A stretch of DNA of 33,594 bases from a virus (Duplodnaviria; Heunggongvirae; Uroviricota; Caudoviricetes), in IMG/VR virus record IMGVR_UViG_2684622582_000002, positions 1 to 33,594 of that record. One strand, written 5' to 3'. Numbering within the stretch: the first letter of the stretch is position 1; every line of letters starts with the position of its first letter. A model generated the notes under the pieces. The model made no database searches, was not told where the DNA came from, and saw nothing but the letters and a program-made list of their open reading frames with translations. Made by a program: the position numbers and the translations under genes. Of the stretch, positions 8,888 through 18,955 are shown piece after piece.

Positions 8888-9549
8888 ATATCTACGAAAG
8901 AATTGATGGCAGCAAATACCGAAATATTTGGGTAGTTGGCGACCTGCACGGATGCTACACGAACCTGATGAACAAACTGGATACGATTGGATTCGACAAC
9001 AAAAAAGACCTGCTCATCTCGGTTGGCGATTTGGTTGATCGCGGTACAGAGAACGTCGAATGTCTGGAATTAATCACATTCCCCTGGTTCAGAGCTGTAC
9101 GTGGAAACCATGAGCAAATGATGATTGATGGCTTATCAGAGCGTGGAAACGTTAATCACTGGCTGCTTAATGGCGGTGGCTGGTTCTTCAATCTCGATTA
9201 CGACAAAGAGATTCTGGCTAAAGCTCTTGCCCATAAAGCAGAAGAACTTCCGTTAATCATCGAACTGGTGAGCAAAGATAAAAAATATGTCATTTGCCAC
9301 GCCGATTATCCTTGTAACGAATACGAATTTGGAAAGCCAGTTGATCCTCAGCAGGTAATCTGGAACCGCGAACGAATCGGCAACTCACAAGACGGGATCG
9401 TGAAAGAAATTAAAGGCGCGGACACGTTCATCTTTGGTCATACGCCAGCAGTGAAACCACTCAAATTTGCCAACCAGATGTATATCGATACCGGCGCAGT
9501 GTTCTGCGGAAACCTCACATTGATTCAGGTACAGGGAGAAGTCGTATGA
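8884..9549 (+). CDS. Ser/Thr protein phosphatase (lambda NinI/PP-like), 221 aa
   Basis: Metallophosphatase motifs GDLHG, GDLVDRG, GNHE; matches remembered lambda ORF221. Confidence 0.9.
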   Translation: MNIYERIDGSKYRNIWVVGDLHGCYTNLMNKLDTIGFDNKKDLLISVGDLVDRGTENVECLELITFPWFRAVRGNHEQMMIDGLSERGNVNHWLLNGGGWFFNLDYDKEILAKALAHKAEELPLIIELVSKDKKYVICHADYPCNEYEFGKPVDPQQVIWNRERIGNSQDGIVKEIKGADTFIFGHTPAVKPLKFANQMYIDTGAVFCGNLTLIQVQGEVV

Positions 9550-10169
9550 GACTCGAAAGCGTAGCTAAATTTCATTCGCCAAAAAGCCCGATGATGAGTG
9601 ACTCACCACGGGCCACGGCTTCTGACTCTCTTTCCGGTACTGATGTGATGGCTGCTATGGGGATGGCTCAATCACAAGCAGGATTCGGAATGGCTGCATT
9701 CTGCGGTAAGCATGAACTCGGCCAGAACGACAAACAAAAGGCTATCAACTATCTGATGCAATTTGCACACAAGGTATCGGGGAAATACCGTGGTGTGGCA
9801 AAGCTTGAAGGAAATACTAAGACAAAGGTACTGCAAGTGCTCGCAACATTCGCTTATGCGGATTATTGCCGTAGTGCCGCGACGCCGGGCGCAAGATGCA
9901 GAGATTGCCACGGTACAGGCCGTGCGGTTGATATAGCAAAAACAGAGCAGTGGGGGAGAGTTGTTGAGAAAGAGTGCGGAAGATGCAAAGGTGTCGGCTA
10001 TTCAAGGATGCCAGCAAGTGCCGCATATCGCGCTGTAACAATGCTAATCCCAAACCTTACTCAACCCACCTGGTCACGCACTGTTAAGCCGCTGTATGAC
10101 GCTCTGGTGGTGCAATGCCACAAGGAAGAGTCAATCGCAGACAACATTTTGAATGCGGTCACACGTTAG
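9546..10169 (+). CDS. Q: Late-gene antiterminator Q (207 aa)
   Basis: Protein [28 protein letters not shown]... matches remembered lambda Q; zinc-finger-like CRDCHGTG...CGRCKG; followed by PR'. Confidence 0.9.
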   Translation: MRLESVAKFHSPKSPMMSDSPRATASDSLSGTDVMAAMGMAQSQAGFGMAAFCGKHELGQNDKQKAINYLMQFAHKVSGKYRGVAKLEGNTKTKVLQVLATFAYADYCRSAATPGARCRDCHGTGRAVDIAKTEQWGRVVEKECGRCKGVGYSRMPASAAYRAVTMLIPNLTQPTWSRTVKPLYDALVVQCHKEESIADNILNAVTR

Positions 10170-10211
10170 CAGCATGATTGCCACGGATGGCAACATATTA
10201 ACGGCATGATA

Positions 10212-10246
10212 TTGACTTATTGAATAAAATTGGGTAAATTTGACTC
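10212..10246 (+). promoter_or_regulatory. PR' late promoter with qut region
   Basis: TTGACT (10212..10217), 17-bp spacer, TAAATT (10235..10240), as in remembered lambda PR'. Confidence 0.6.
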
Positions 10247-10275
10247 AACGATGGATAAATGCACTCGTTAAATAA

Positions 10276-10306
10276 AGCCCTGAGTTAATAGCTCGGGGCT
10301 TTTTGC
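10276..10306 (+). terminator. tR'-like intrinsic terminator
   Basis: Hairpin AGCCCTGAG-TTAATAG-CTCGGGGCT followed by TTTTT, a few tens of nt downstream of PR'. Confidence 0.6.
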
Positions 10307-10602
10307 GTTTTAATCACGACCTTTCTGAAAGCACATCAAACCAAATACCAGACAGACAAAAATAATCACCTTATCCGCTGTGGCTACGGTGCGGTGTGCT
10401 TTGCATAAAAGAAAACCAGCGCAATGGCTGGCTTCGTGAAAGCGGGTGGCAAGAGGTTGCGCTAACAACCTCCTGCCGTTTTGCCCGTGCATATCGGTCA
10501 CGAACAAATCTGATTACTAAACACAGTAGCCTGGATTTGTTCTATCAGTAATCGACCTTATTCCTAATTAAATAGAGCAAATCCCCTTATTGGGGGTAAG
10601 AC

Positions 10603-10926
10603 ATGAAGATGCCAGAAAAACATGACCTGTTAGCCGCCATTCTCGCGGCAAAGGAACAAGGCATCGGGGCAATCCTTGCGTTTGCAATGGCGTACCTTCG
10701 CGGCAGATATAATGGCGGTGCGTTTACAAAAACAGTAATCGACGCAACGATGTGCGCCATTATCGCCTGGTTCATTCGTGACCTTCTCGACTTCGCAGGA
10801 CTAAGTAGCAATCTCGCTTATATAACGAGCGTGTTCATCGGCTACATCGGTACTGACTCGATTGGTTCGCTTATCAAACGCTTCGCTGCTAAAAAAGCCG
10901 GAGTAGAAGATGGTGGAAATCAATAA
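10603..10926 (+). CDS. S: Holin S (class I, dual-start MKM), 107 aa
   Basis: Protein [36 protein letters not shown]... matches remembered lambda S; Met1-Lys2-Met3 dual start. Confidence 0.95.
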   Translation: MKMPEKHDLLAAILAAKEQGIGAILAFAMAYLRGRYNGGAFTKTVIDATMCAIIAWFIRDLLDFAGLSSNLAYITSVFIGYIGTDSIGSLIKRFAAKKAGVEDGGNQ

Positions 10927-11386
10927 TCAACGTAAGGCGTTCCTCGATATGCTGGCGTGGTCAGAGGGAACTGATAACGGACGGCAGAAAACCAGAAATC
11001 ATGGTTATGACGTCATTGTTGGCGGAGAGCTATTCACTGATTACTCCGATCACCCTCGCAAACTTGTCACGCTAAACCCAAAACTCAAATCAACAGCAGC
11101 CGGGCGCTATCAGCTTCTTTCCCGTTGGTGGGATGCCTATCGTAAGCAGCTTGGTCTGAAAGACTTCTCTCCCAAAAGTCAGGACGCTGTGGCATTGCAG
11201 CAGATTAAAGAGCGTGGCGCTTTACCGATGATTGACCGCGGTGATATCCGTCAGGCTATCGACCGTTGCAGCAATATCTGGGCTTCACTGCCGGGCGCTG
11301 GTTATGGCCAGTTCGAGCATGAGGCTGACAACCTGATTGCAAAATTCAAAGAGGCTGGCGGAACGGTCAGAGAGATTGAGGTATGA
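10910..11386 (+). CDS. R: Endolysin R (lytic transglycosylase), 158 aa
   Basis: Protein [35 protein letters not shown]... matches remembered lambda R. Confidence 0.95.
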   Translation: MVEINNQRKAFLDMLAWSEGTDNGRQKTRNHGYDVIVGGELFTDYSDHPRKLVTLNPKLKSTAAGRYQLLSRWWDAYRKQLGLKDFSPKSQDAVALQQIKERGALPMIDRGDIRQAIDRCSNIWASLPGAGYGQFEHEADNLIAKFKEAGGTVREIEV

Positions 11387-11820
11387 GCAGAGTGACCGCG
11401 ATTATCTCCGCTCTGGTTATCTGCATCATCGTCTGCCTGTCATGGGCTGTTAATCATTACCGTGATAACGCAATCGCCTACAAAGACCAGCGGGATAAAG
11501 CCACAACCATCATCGCTGATATGCAGAAGCGTCAACGTGACGTAGCAGAACTCGACGCCAGATACACAAAGGAGCTTGCTGATGCTAACGCGACTATCGA
11601 AAGTCTCCGTGCTGATGTTTCTGCTGGTCGTAAGCGCCTGCAAGTCGCCGCCACCTGTGCAAAGTCAACGACCGGAGCCAGCAGCATGGGCGATGGAGAA
11701 AGCCCAAGACTTACAGCAGATGCTGAACTCAATTATTACCGTCTCCGAAGTGGAATAGACAGGATAACCGCGCAGGTTAACTACCTGCAGGAGTACATCA
11801 GGACTCAGTGCCTGAAATAA
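11383..11820 (+). CDS. Rz: Rz i-spanin (145 aa)
   Basis: N-terminus [31 protein letters not shown] matches lambda Rz, followed by coiled-coil-like sequence; diverges from lambda after about residue 30. Confidence 0.85.
   Translation: MSRVTAIISALVICIIVCLSWAVNHYRDNAIAYKDQRDKATTIIADMQKRQRDVAELDARYTKELADANATIESLRADVSAGRKRLQVAATCAKSTTGASSMGDGESPRLTADAELNYYRLRSGIDRITAQVNYLQEYIRTQCLK
11576..11758 (+). CDS. Rz1: Rz1 o-spanin lipoprotein embedded in Rz (+1 frame), 60 aa
   Basis: ORF nested in Rz with lipobox LVVSAC and Pro-rich mature region. Confidence 0.7.
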   Translation: MLMLTRLSKVSVLMFLLVVSACKSPPPVQSQRPEPAAWAMEKAQDLQQMLNSIITVSEVE

Positions 11821-11851
11821 TTTTTTTGCAAATCACAAAGTCCATTTAATG

Positions 11852-11876
11852 AGCCTCGCGATGCGGGGCTTTTTTA
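11852..11876 (+). terminator. Intrinsic terminator after lysis cassette
   Basis: Hairpin AGCCTCGC-GAT-GCGGGGCT (one G-U wobble) followed by TTTTTT. Confidence 0.5.
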
Positions 11877-12022
11877 TGTCCGCAGTAAACGCGCTTCACA
11901 CGCGCGACTTATGAACACAGAACCTTTCAGGATGACCCTTGAGGATGCCGGTTTGGTGATCGGTACCTTTCTGTGGGCCGGAATCCTGTGTGACAAGGTT
12001 CATCACTAAAAGGTAATTACTG

Positions 12023-12553
12023 ATGAAGTACCCAACAGTTATTGTCAATGGTGTGTCCGTTCGTGTTGATGAGGATGGACGCTACAACTTAAACGATCTC
12101 CATGCAGCAGCAGTTGCAAATGGAGAGGCTACAGAGCAACAGCGCCCAAGCCAGTTTTTGCGTAGCGCGCAGATAAAACGCTTCATCAAAGCACTGGAGG
12201 CCAAAGTGCAAAAAAGCACTTTGGAACAAATTCAACCACTTAAAATAATCAAAGGTGGTGCAGAACCAGGTGTGTGGGGTGTTGAACTTCTGGCAATCAG
12301 ATATGCAGCATGGATTAAGCCGGAATTTGAAATCGAAGTTTATGAAGTTTTCAAAACGGTTGTCCGTCTCGGCGTTGGCGCAATGTCCCGTCTGAATAGA
12401 ATCGATCACATCATCAATACTGAAACCAAAGCGATAAGCCAGTGCGCAAGACAAATGGCTAAGTGGGGTGTTGGTGGGCGAAAAAGATTGCTTCATGTTG
12501 CACGTGAGAGAGCGGCAAATGAAGTGCAAATGTATTTGCCCGGGATGGTGTGA
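12023..12553 (+). CDS. KilA-N domain-like protein (176 aa)
   Basis: N-terminal pattern (VNGVSVRVDEDGRYNLNDLH ... WGVELLAIRYAAWIKPEFEIEVYEVF) resembles KilA-N/APSES-type domains; assignment from memory. Confidence 0.5.
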   Translation: MKYPTVIVNGVSVRVDEDGRYNLNDLHAAAVANGEATEQQRPSQFLRSAQIKRFIKALEAKVQKSTLEQIQPLKIIKGGAEPGVWGVELLAIRYAAWIKPEFEIEVYEVFKTVVRLGVGAMSRLNRIDHIINTETKAISQCARQMAKWGVGGRKRLLHVARERAANEVQMYLPGMV

Positions 12554-12658
12554 TTTCGCAGGTTAATCCGAGCAGTCCTTCAGTGAGGCTGCAATAATGC
12601 TTTATTCGTATGAAGACGAAGGGTAATCTGTAGACTCTGATTATCTAATGGAAGGTTT

Positions 12659-12865
12659 ATGATGGACAATTATTTTAAATCTGGCGATAACCGAGTATCT
12701 GATTCTGAGCACCAGCGTTTAGTGGCTACCAAAGCAGCTCTTGAAATTATCAAGGCCGCCGTATCTGCCCCTACCCATGCGAAAAACGTGTCTTATGATT
12801 TGGAGGAGGCAATAAAATATCTTCCACGGTTGACTGATGCTATTCAGGAAACGATTGGCAAATAG
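12659..12865 (+). CDS. Hypothetical small protein (68 aa)
   Basis: ORF followed by a hairpin plus T-run (12918..12941); no family recognised. Confidence 0.4.
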   Translation: MMDNYFKSGDNRVSDSEHQRLVATKAALEIIKAAVSAPTHAKNVSYDLEEAIKYLPRLTDAIQETIGK

Positions 12866-12917
12866 CATTTGATTTTAGTTTTATTATCTCACCTTAAATA
12901 TGAGTGAGATTAATACA

Positions 12918-12941
12918 AAGCTACCTACGAGTAGCTTTTTA
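12918..12941 (+). terminator. Intrinsic terminator
   Basis: Hairpin AGCTAC-CTACGA-GTAGCT followed by TTTTT. Confidence 0.45.
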
Positions 12942-13261
12942 ATGGCTTATACCTTACACGGGATAACTTAACTGATATCCCCACAAGCGGATAAAGAGAT
13001 TCTCAATGTCCAACATCTACCAAATCACGTTAACCACCCAAACAGGCGAAACCGTTACGAGCAAGACGTCACGATTTCAGCATGAGTTGGTTAACGGCTT
13101 TGTGCCGCTTGTGATCGAGACGGGAGAGTGATTGTATTTCTCTCCCGACAATGTGAAGCGCATACAGTTCACGCCAGAATTGAATGATGAAGCGTGATAA
13201 GTGGCTATTTTGTGGTATAGGTTTATGCGCTAAAACAATCAATTAGCTCAGTCAATGATCT

Positions 13262-13786
13262 CTATTGTCCTGCAACTTGTTTAGTGAGTCTTAGGATGAT
13301 GCTGCCAAGAATAGCTATGAATTTTTCACGATTATTGGCATCTGGACGGTTAAGATTCAGCTCAATGTCTCCAACTTTTATGCCGAATCTTGCTGAGTTA
13401 ATGAGATCTTCCTGACCACCTCGGCTAATAAATGTTCGTAATGATTCAATTTCTGCGTCAGTTATTTCCGGGTTGTCTATTTGATGAGAGCGAACATTTC
13501 TTATTCTATTTAGGCGTTTAAGTTCTGCGACGGAGTGTTCATTTAGGCCGAGGTTGGCAGCTAGCTGAATTTTTGCGGCATAGGTCATGGTTAAGTTTTC
13601 ACCAAATCCATCAAATAGATTTTGGTTACCTACAGCGGCGCAACAAAATGCCTCAATCATTGCTTCTGTAATCAGATGTACTCTTAAAACCAAACCAATA
13701 TCATCTTCAGTATTTACTAACCTTTCAATTCGTTGCCAAGTTGCTTCGTTCATTATGAACTTTGATTCAAAAATTTCAGGATTCAT
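13262..13786 (-). CDS. Reverse-oriented cargo gene; alpha-helical protein with R-x4-H (HEPN-like) motif, 174 aa
   Basis: Only long ORF on either strand in 12866..13813; AAGG RBS upstream of ATG at 13786; motif RIRNVRSH; opposite orientation to the late operon. Family assignment is inference. Confidence 0.6.
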   Translation of the reverse strand: MNPEIFESKFIMNEATWQRIERLVNTEDDIGLVLRVHLITEAMIEAFCCAAVGNQNLFDGFGENLTMTYAAKIQLAANLGLNEHSVAELKRLNRIRNVRSHQIDNPEITDAEIESLRTFISRGGQEDLINSARFGIKVGDIELNLNRPDANNREKFIAILGSIILRLTKQVAGQ

Positions 13787-13813
13787 TTATTTACCTTATC
13801 AGCAGGGGAAAAT

Positions 13814-14341
13814 ATGGCGCTCACTGACAAACAAGAAATGTTCTGTCGCGAGTACCTCATCGATTTAAACGCCACGCAAGCGGCTATTCGGGCGGGGTAC
13901 AGCGCAAAAACAGCCAACCGTACTGCGTCCGAAAACATGTCAAAACCTGACATACAACTCAGAATCTCCGAATTGAAAGCACAACGCAATGACTCTGTTG
14001 GAATAAATGCAGAATATGTACTTAATCGCCTTATTGAAATCGACCAGATGGATGTGCTCGACATTCTCCTGCAAAACGGTGAGTTAAAGCCCATTAAAGA
14101 CTGGCCTAAGGTATGGCGCACAACGTTATCAGGAATGGATGTTGTGGAGATGGTATCCGCAGATAGTGCAGCACTCCTGAAGAAAATCAAATGGCCTGAT
14201 AAGGTTAAAAACCTCGAACTTCTTGGTAAGCATGTTTCTGTTCAGGCGTTTAAAGAACAAGCTTCTCACGAACTAACAGGCAAAGACGGCGGCGCAATCC
14301 AGATTGAAACATCACCGATGAGCACTCTATTCGGAAAATGA
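13814..14341 (+). CDS. Terminase small subunit (P22 gp3-like), 175 aa
   Basis: First gene of packaging module, good RBS (AGGGGAAAAT-ATG), stop overlaps terL start; N-terminus MALTDKQEMFCREYLIDLNATQAAIRAGY typical of small terminases. Confidence 0.8.
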   Translation: MALTDKQEMFCREYLIDLNATQAAIRAGYSAKTANRTASENMSKPDIQLRISELKAQRNDSVGINAEYVLNRLIEIDQMDVLDILLQNGELKPIKDWPKVWRTTLSGMDVVEMVSADSAALLKKIKWPDKVKNLELLGKHVSVQAFKEQASHELTGKDGGAIQIETSPMSTLFGK

Positions 14342-15753
14342 CCTCGATTAATCCTATCTTTGAACCGTTCATTGAGGCGCATCGCTACAAAGTCGCCAAA
14401 GGCGGTCGAGGTAGCGGTAAGTCATGGGCAATTGCGAGGCTTCTTGTTGAAGCGGCGCGTCGGCAGCCTGTGCGTATTCTTTGCGCTCGTGAGCTGCAAA
14501 ACAGTATCAGCGATTCGGTAATCCGGTTGCTTGAAGACACCATCGAGCGTGAAGGATATTCGGCTGAGTTTGAAATTCAGCGTTCCATGATTCGTCATCT
14601 CGGAACGAATGCTGAATTCATGTTCTACGGCATCAAAAACAACCCGACGAAGATTAAATCGCTCGAAGGCATTGATATCTGTTGGGTGGAAGAAGCTGAA
14701 GCGGTAACGAAGGAATCATGGGATATCCTGATACCAACCATCCGCAAGCCATTTTCCGAAATATGGGTGAGCTTCAACCCGAAGAACATACTCGACGATA
14801 CCTATCAGCGGTTCGTCGTAAATCCTCCTGATGATATTTGCCTGCTGACGGTGAACTACACCGACAACCCGCACTTTCCTGAAGTTCTCCGTCTGGAGAT
14901 GGAAGAGTGCAAACGCAGAAATCCGACACTGTATCGTCACATCTGGCTTGGTGAGCCAGTAAGCGCAAGTGATATGGCAATCATCAAACGTGAATGGCTT
15001 GAAGCCGCAACCGATGCGCACAAGAAACTCGGATGGAAAGCGAAAGGCGCTGTTGTCTCTGCGCATGACCCGTCAGATACAGGGCCGGATGCTAAAGGTT
15101 ATGCATCGCGTCACGGTTCGGTTGTTAAGCGCATTGCCGAAGGTCTGCTGATGGACATCAATGAAGGTGCTGACTGGGCAACTTCGCTGGCGATTGAAGA
15201 CGGTGCTGACCATTACCTGTGGGATGGTGATGGTGTTGGTGCGGGCCTACGCAGACAGACAACGGAAGCGTTCTCCGGCAAGAAAATCACCGCCACGATG
15301 TTCAAGGGCAGTGAATCGCCATTCGATGAAGATGCGCCGTATCAGGCCGGAGCATGGGCTGATGAAGTCGTACAGGGCGACAACGTTCGCACTATTGGTG
15401 ATGTGTTCCGCAATAAGCGAGCGCAATTCTATTACGCGCTGGCTGACAGGCTGTATCTGACATATCGGGCGGTTGTTTACGGTGAGTATGCAGACCCCGA
15501 CGACATGCTGAGTTTCGACAAAGAAGCGATAGGCGAGAAGATGCTGGAGAAGCTGTTTGCAGAACTGACGCAGATTCAGCGCAAATTCAATAACAACGGG
15601 AAGCTGGAGCTAATGACTAAGGTCGAAATGAAGCAGAAGCTCGGTATTCCATCTCCTAACCTGGCTGATGCGCTGATGATGTGTATGCATTGCCCGGAGT
15701 CGGCTGCGCAACCCGACTATTCCAGTTACTCAATTCCTTGTGGTGTAGGTTGA
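14338..15753 (+). CDS. Terminase large subunit (471 aa)
   Basis: Walker A-like KGGRGSGKS near N-terminus; size and position. Confidence 0.9.
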   Translation: MTSINPIFEPFIEAHRYKVAKGGRGSGKSWAIARLLVEAARRQPVRILCARELQNSISDSVIRLLEDTIEREGYSAEFEIQRSMIRHLGTNAEFMFYGIKNNPTKIKSLEGIDICWVEEAEAVTKESWDILIPTIRKPFSEIWVSFNPKNILDDTYQRFVVNPPDDICLLTVNYTDNPHFPEVLRLEMEECKRRNPTLYRHIWLGEPVSASDMAIIKREWLEAATDAHKKLGWKAKGAVVSAHDPSDTGPDAKGYASRHGSVVKRIAEGLLMDINEGADWATSLAIEDGADHYLWDGDGVGAGLRRQTTEAFSGKKITATMFKGSESPFDEDAPYQAGAWADEVVQGDNVRTIGDVFRNKRAQFYYALADRLYLTYRAVVYGEYADPDDMLSFDKEAIGEKMLEKLFAELTQIQRKFNNNGKLELMTKVEMKQKLGIPSPNLADALMMCMHCPESAAQPDYSSYSIPCGVG

Positions 15754-15754
15754 T

Positions 15755-17953
15755 ATGGCAGAAAAAAAGATGACTGACTGGCATCGCAAGGTGCTGTGCA
15801 ACTTTGATAATGCCTGGTCAGCAACGCAGGATATGCGTGAGCAGATTATTGAGGCTCAACGTTTCGTCCGGGTGTCCGGCGCACAGTGGGAAGGCAGCAC
15901 AAACGCTGGTTACTCATTTGATGAAGGCAGGTTTGAGCATTACCCGCGCTTTGAACTGAATAAGATTGCCCGTGAATGTGATCGCATCATTGGCGAGTAT
16001 CGACAGAATCGCATCAGCGTTAAATTCAGGCCGAAGGACGATAAGGCATCGGAAGCGTTAGCCGAAAAGATGAACGGCAAATTCCGCGCTGACTATCAGG
16101 AAACATCCGGTGGCGAAGCGTGTGATAACGCATTTGATGATGCTGTAACGGGCGGATTCGGTTGTTTCCGCATGTGTGCCGATTACGAAGATGAAATGGA
16201 CCCAAGTAACGAGCAGCGACGCATCAGCCTTCTTCCTGTTTACGACCCGGCGACATGCGTCTTCTTCGATCAGGACAGCAAACAATATGACCGCTCTGAT
16301 GCTATGTGGGCTATGGAAATGTTCTCCATGACGCCTAAAGCGTTCGAGGCTGAATACCCTGATTCCATTGCGGCAAGCCTTTCTCGGGATGACACTGGTA
16401 CTCAGTATGACTGGTCAACGCCTGACGCCATCTATGTTGGACGTTACTACGAAGTCCGCATAGAGAAGGTGAAGCTCACAGCATGGCGTAACCCTGTCAG
16501 CGGAGAAACGGCAATCTATGATGAAGAGCAAATCAAAGATATTGTCGACGAGCTGACCGATGGTGCATTCGAACTGATTGGCGAGCGAACGGTGAAGAAG
16601 CGCCGCGTTTATTGCGGTCTTCTGTCTGGCGCTGAATGGCTGGAAGAACCGAAGCGTATTCCTGGCGAACATATTCCTCTCATCCCGGTATATGGGCGTC
16701 GTTCATTTGTTGATAATCAGGAGCGAATCGAAGGCCACGCAGCAAAAGCGATGGATGCGCAGCGTCTTGAGAACCTGATGGTTTCCATGATTGCAGATAA
16801 CGCTACTCAGGCTGGCGGTGATGGCATTCCTGTAGTTGATGTTGACATGATTCCTGGTACTCTCGCCACTCATTGGGCGGAGCGCAACAAAAAGCGCCCG
16901 GCGTTCCTGCCGATGGTCAGTCTGAAAAACAAAAACGGAGATATTACTGCGCAGGCTCAGGTCAGCAGTTATACGCCTCCGACACAAATGCCTCCAGCTC
17001 TTGCCGGGCTGTTGCAGTACACCGGAACGGCTATTCAGCAAATTACAGGTGCGTCGCAGCTTGAGAACATGCCGAGCAACGTCGCCACCGATACCGTTGA
17101 TAGCATCTTTAACCGGATGGACACGCAGTCCTATATCTACATGGACAACATGGCTAAATCCATGCGTCGCGCTGGCGTTGTGTGGCTTTCTATGGCTCGT
17201 GAAGTCTATGGCAGCGATACGCCAATGCGCATCGTTAATGAGGACGGCAGCGATGACGTGGCGCTAATGACTGGTGAAGTGGTTGACCGTCAGACAGGGC
17301 AGGTTATCGCGCTTAACGACCTTTCGCAGGGTAACTATGAAGTGACTGTCGATGTCGGTCAGTCGTTCGCTACTCGCCGTGATGCAACGGTTAAGTCGTT
17401 ACTTTCCATGCTGGCACTTATCCCGCCAGGAACGCCGAAGCATGACCTTGTATCGTCGATGATTCTCGACAATATGGACGGCGAAGGGATGGACGACCTG
17501 AAAGAATACAACCGCAATCAGTTGCTTCTGTCTGGCGTTATCAAGCCGAGAACGCCTGAAGAACAGCAAATGGTTGAGCAGGCGAAACAACAACAGGCCA
17601 GTCAGCCAGATCCGGCTATGGTTGCAGCGCAAGGTCAGCTTCTTGCAGGTCAGGCTGAATTGCAGAAAGCGCAGAACGAACAGGCAGCCATTCAGGTTAA
17701 AGCATTCCAGGCACAGACTGATGCTCAGGTTGCAGCGGCAAACGTTGTGAAAATCCTCGCATCTGCCGATAGCCAGCAGAAATCTGATATCCGCGAGGCT
17801 CTGAAACTGCTCGGACAGTTCCAGCAACAGCAAGGAGACAATGCCCGTGCTGATGCAGAGCTTGTCCTGAAAAGTCAGGCACAGGGTCATGCGCAGCGCA
17901 TGGACATCAGCAGCATCCTGCAAAAATCAACTCAGCAACAACCACAGCAGTAA
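15755..17953 (+). CDS. Portal protein (P22 gp1-like), 732 aa
   Basis: Size and position after terL; long Gln/Ala-rich C-terminal helical tail like the P22 portal barrel. Confidence 0.85.
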   Translation: MAEKKMTDWHRKVLCNFDNAWSATQDMREQIIEAQRFVRVSGAQWEGSTNAGYSFDEGRFEHYPRFELNKIARECDRIIGEYRQNRISVKFRPKDDKASEALAEKMNGKFRADYQETSGGEACDNAFDDAVTGGFGCFRMCADYEDEMDPSNEQRRISLLPVYDPATCVFFDQDSKQYDRSDAMWAMEMFSMTPKAFEAEYPDSIAASLSRDDTGTQYDWSTPDAIYVGRYYEVRIEKVKLTAWRNPVSGETAIYDEEQIKDIVDELTDGAFELIGERTVKKRRVYCGLLSGAEWLEEPKRIPGEHIPLIPVYGRRSFVDNQERIEGHAAKAMDAQRLENLMVSMIADNATQAGGDGIPVVDVDMIPGTLATHWAERNKKRPAFLPMVSLKNKNGDITAQAQVSSYTPPTQMPPALAGLLQYTGTAIQQITGASQLENMPSNVATDTVDSIFNRMDTQSYIYMDNMAKSMRRAGVVWLSMAREVYGSDTPMRIVNEDGSDDVALMTGEVVDRQTGQVIALNDLSQGNYEVTVDVGQSFATRRDATVKSLLSMLALIPPGTPKHDLVSSMILDNMDGEGMDDLKEYNRNQLLLSGVIKPRTPEEQQMVEQAKQQQASQPDPAMVAAQGQLLAGQAELQKAQNEQAAIQVKAFQAQTDAQVAAANVVKILASADSQQKSDIREALKLLGQFQQQQGDNARADAELVLKSQAQGHAQRMDISSILQKSTQQQPQQ

Positions 17954-18043
17954 TTAACCCATAACGTGCAATGGCTGTCTTTATGAGGCCTGGCACCCTA
18001 TTGCCTTCCGATGGGCTGAACATCGAGTAAACAGGGGTAACAA

Positions 18044-18937
18044 ATGGACCAGATGGCAGAAAACACACCAGAAGTTGAAATCGAAACCGACGCGTCAGAG
18101 CAGATTCCTGATGATGTCGAACTGGCTGAAGAAGTCGAAACAGAAGATGGCAGTGAGTCCTCCGGCAATGATGCAGAGGAAGCTACTGAAACTGATGACG
18201 ACGAATCAGAACAGGAATTCTACTTTGGTGACGAAAAGCTGGATTCGCCAACCAGCGAAGATGGCGCAGAGCATGGACTGGTAAAACACCTGCGCAAGAC
18301 GATTAAAGAGAAAGACCGCGAGCTGAAAGAGCTGATGCGTCAGTCTCAGAAACCCGTCGAGCAGCAGCCGGTAATCACTCAACCACCGCGAATGCCAAAA
18401 CTGGATGATGAGGACATCGGTTTCGATGAAGAAATCTACCAGCAACGCATGGCTAAGTGGGCAGAGGATAACGGCAAGTACCAGCAACAGGAGATGGCTC
18501 GCAAGCAGAAGGAGCAGGAGCTTCAGGCTGCCTATCAAGAGCGATTATCCAAATATCAGCAACGTGTTAAGGCTCTCAAAGTTCCTGGCTATCAGGAAGC
18601 AGAACAGGCCGTACTCGAGGAAATCCCCATCGAGACACAAAACGCGATCCTGTTTGAGTCAGAGAAGCCGGAAATCGTTGTTCTGGCGCTCGGTCGCAAC
18701 GCTGAACTGCGCAAGCAACTGGCAGAAGCTACCAACCCCGTAGCAATTGGTCGTCTGCTGGAACGTATCGAATCGAAGGCCAGAATCATGCCAAAAGCAA
18801 AAACCACGGCAGCCACAACCCCGACAGTTAAGGGGAGCAACGGCGCAGTAATCAACAACCTCGACAAATTGAAAGCCAAGGCGCTGGAAACTGGTGACTG
18901 GACGCCGTATTTCGCCGCTAAAAAGGCAAAAAAATAA
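18044..18937 (+). CDS. Scaffolding protein (P22 gp8-like), 297 aa
   Basis: Highly acidic N-terminus, charged helical protein between portal and coat. Confidence 0.8.
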   Translation: MDQMAENTPEVEIETDASEQIPDDVELAEEVETEDGSESSGNDAEEATETDDDESEQEFYFGDEKLDSPTSEDGAEHGLVKHLRKTIKEKDRELKELMRQSQKPVEQQPVITQPPRMPKLDDEDIGFDEEIYQQRMAKWAEDNGKYQQQEMARKQKEQELQAAYQERLSKYQQRVKALKVPGYQEAEQAVLEEIPIETQNAILFESEKPEIVVLALGRNAELRKQLAEATNPVAIGRLLERIESKARIMPKAKTTAATTPTVKGSNGAVINNLDKLKAKALETGDWTPYFAAKKAKK

Positions 18938-18955
18938 CCTATCGGAGCATTAAGC

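Noticed and set aside
10307-10602. Toxin or other cargo between tR' and the holin gene, as in Stx phages
   Set aside because: Only ~300 bp with no ORF having an RBS; the 65-aa minus-strand ORF (10310..10507) has no support.
13006-13131. 41-aa plus-strand ORF (MSNIYQITLTTQTGETVTSKTSRFQHELVNGFVPLVIETGE)
   Set aside because: No convincing RBS and no recognisable family; left as a note under the mosaic-junction finding rather than called as a gene.
17399-17923. 174-aa minus-strand ORF
   Set aside because: Antisense to the portal gene C-terminal Gln/Ala-rich region; Leu/Cys/Arg-rich composition; no RBS context.
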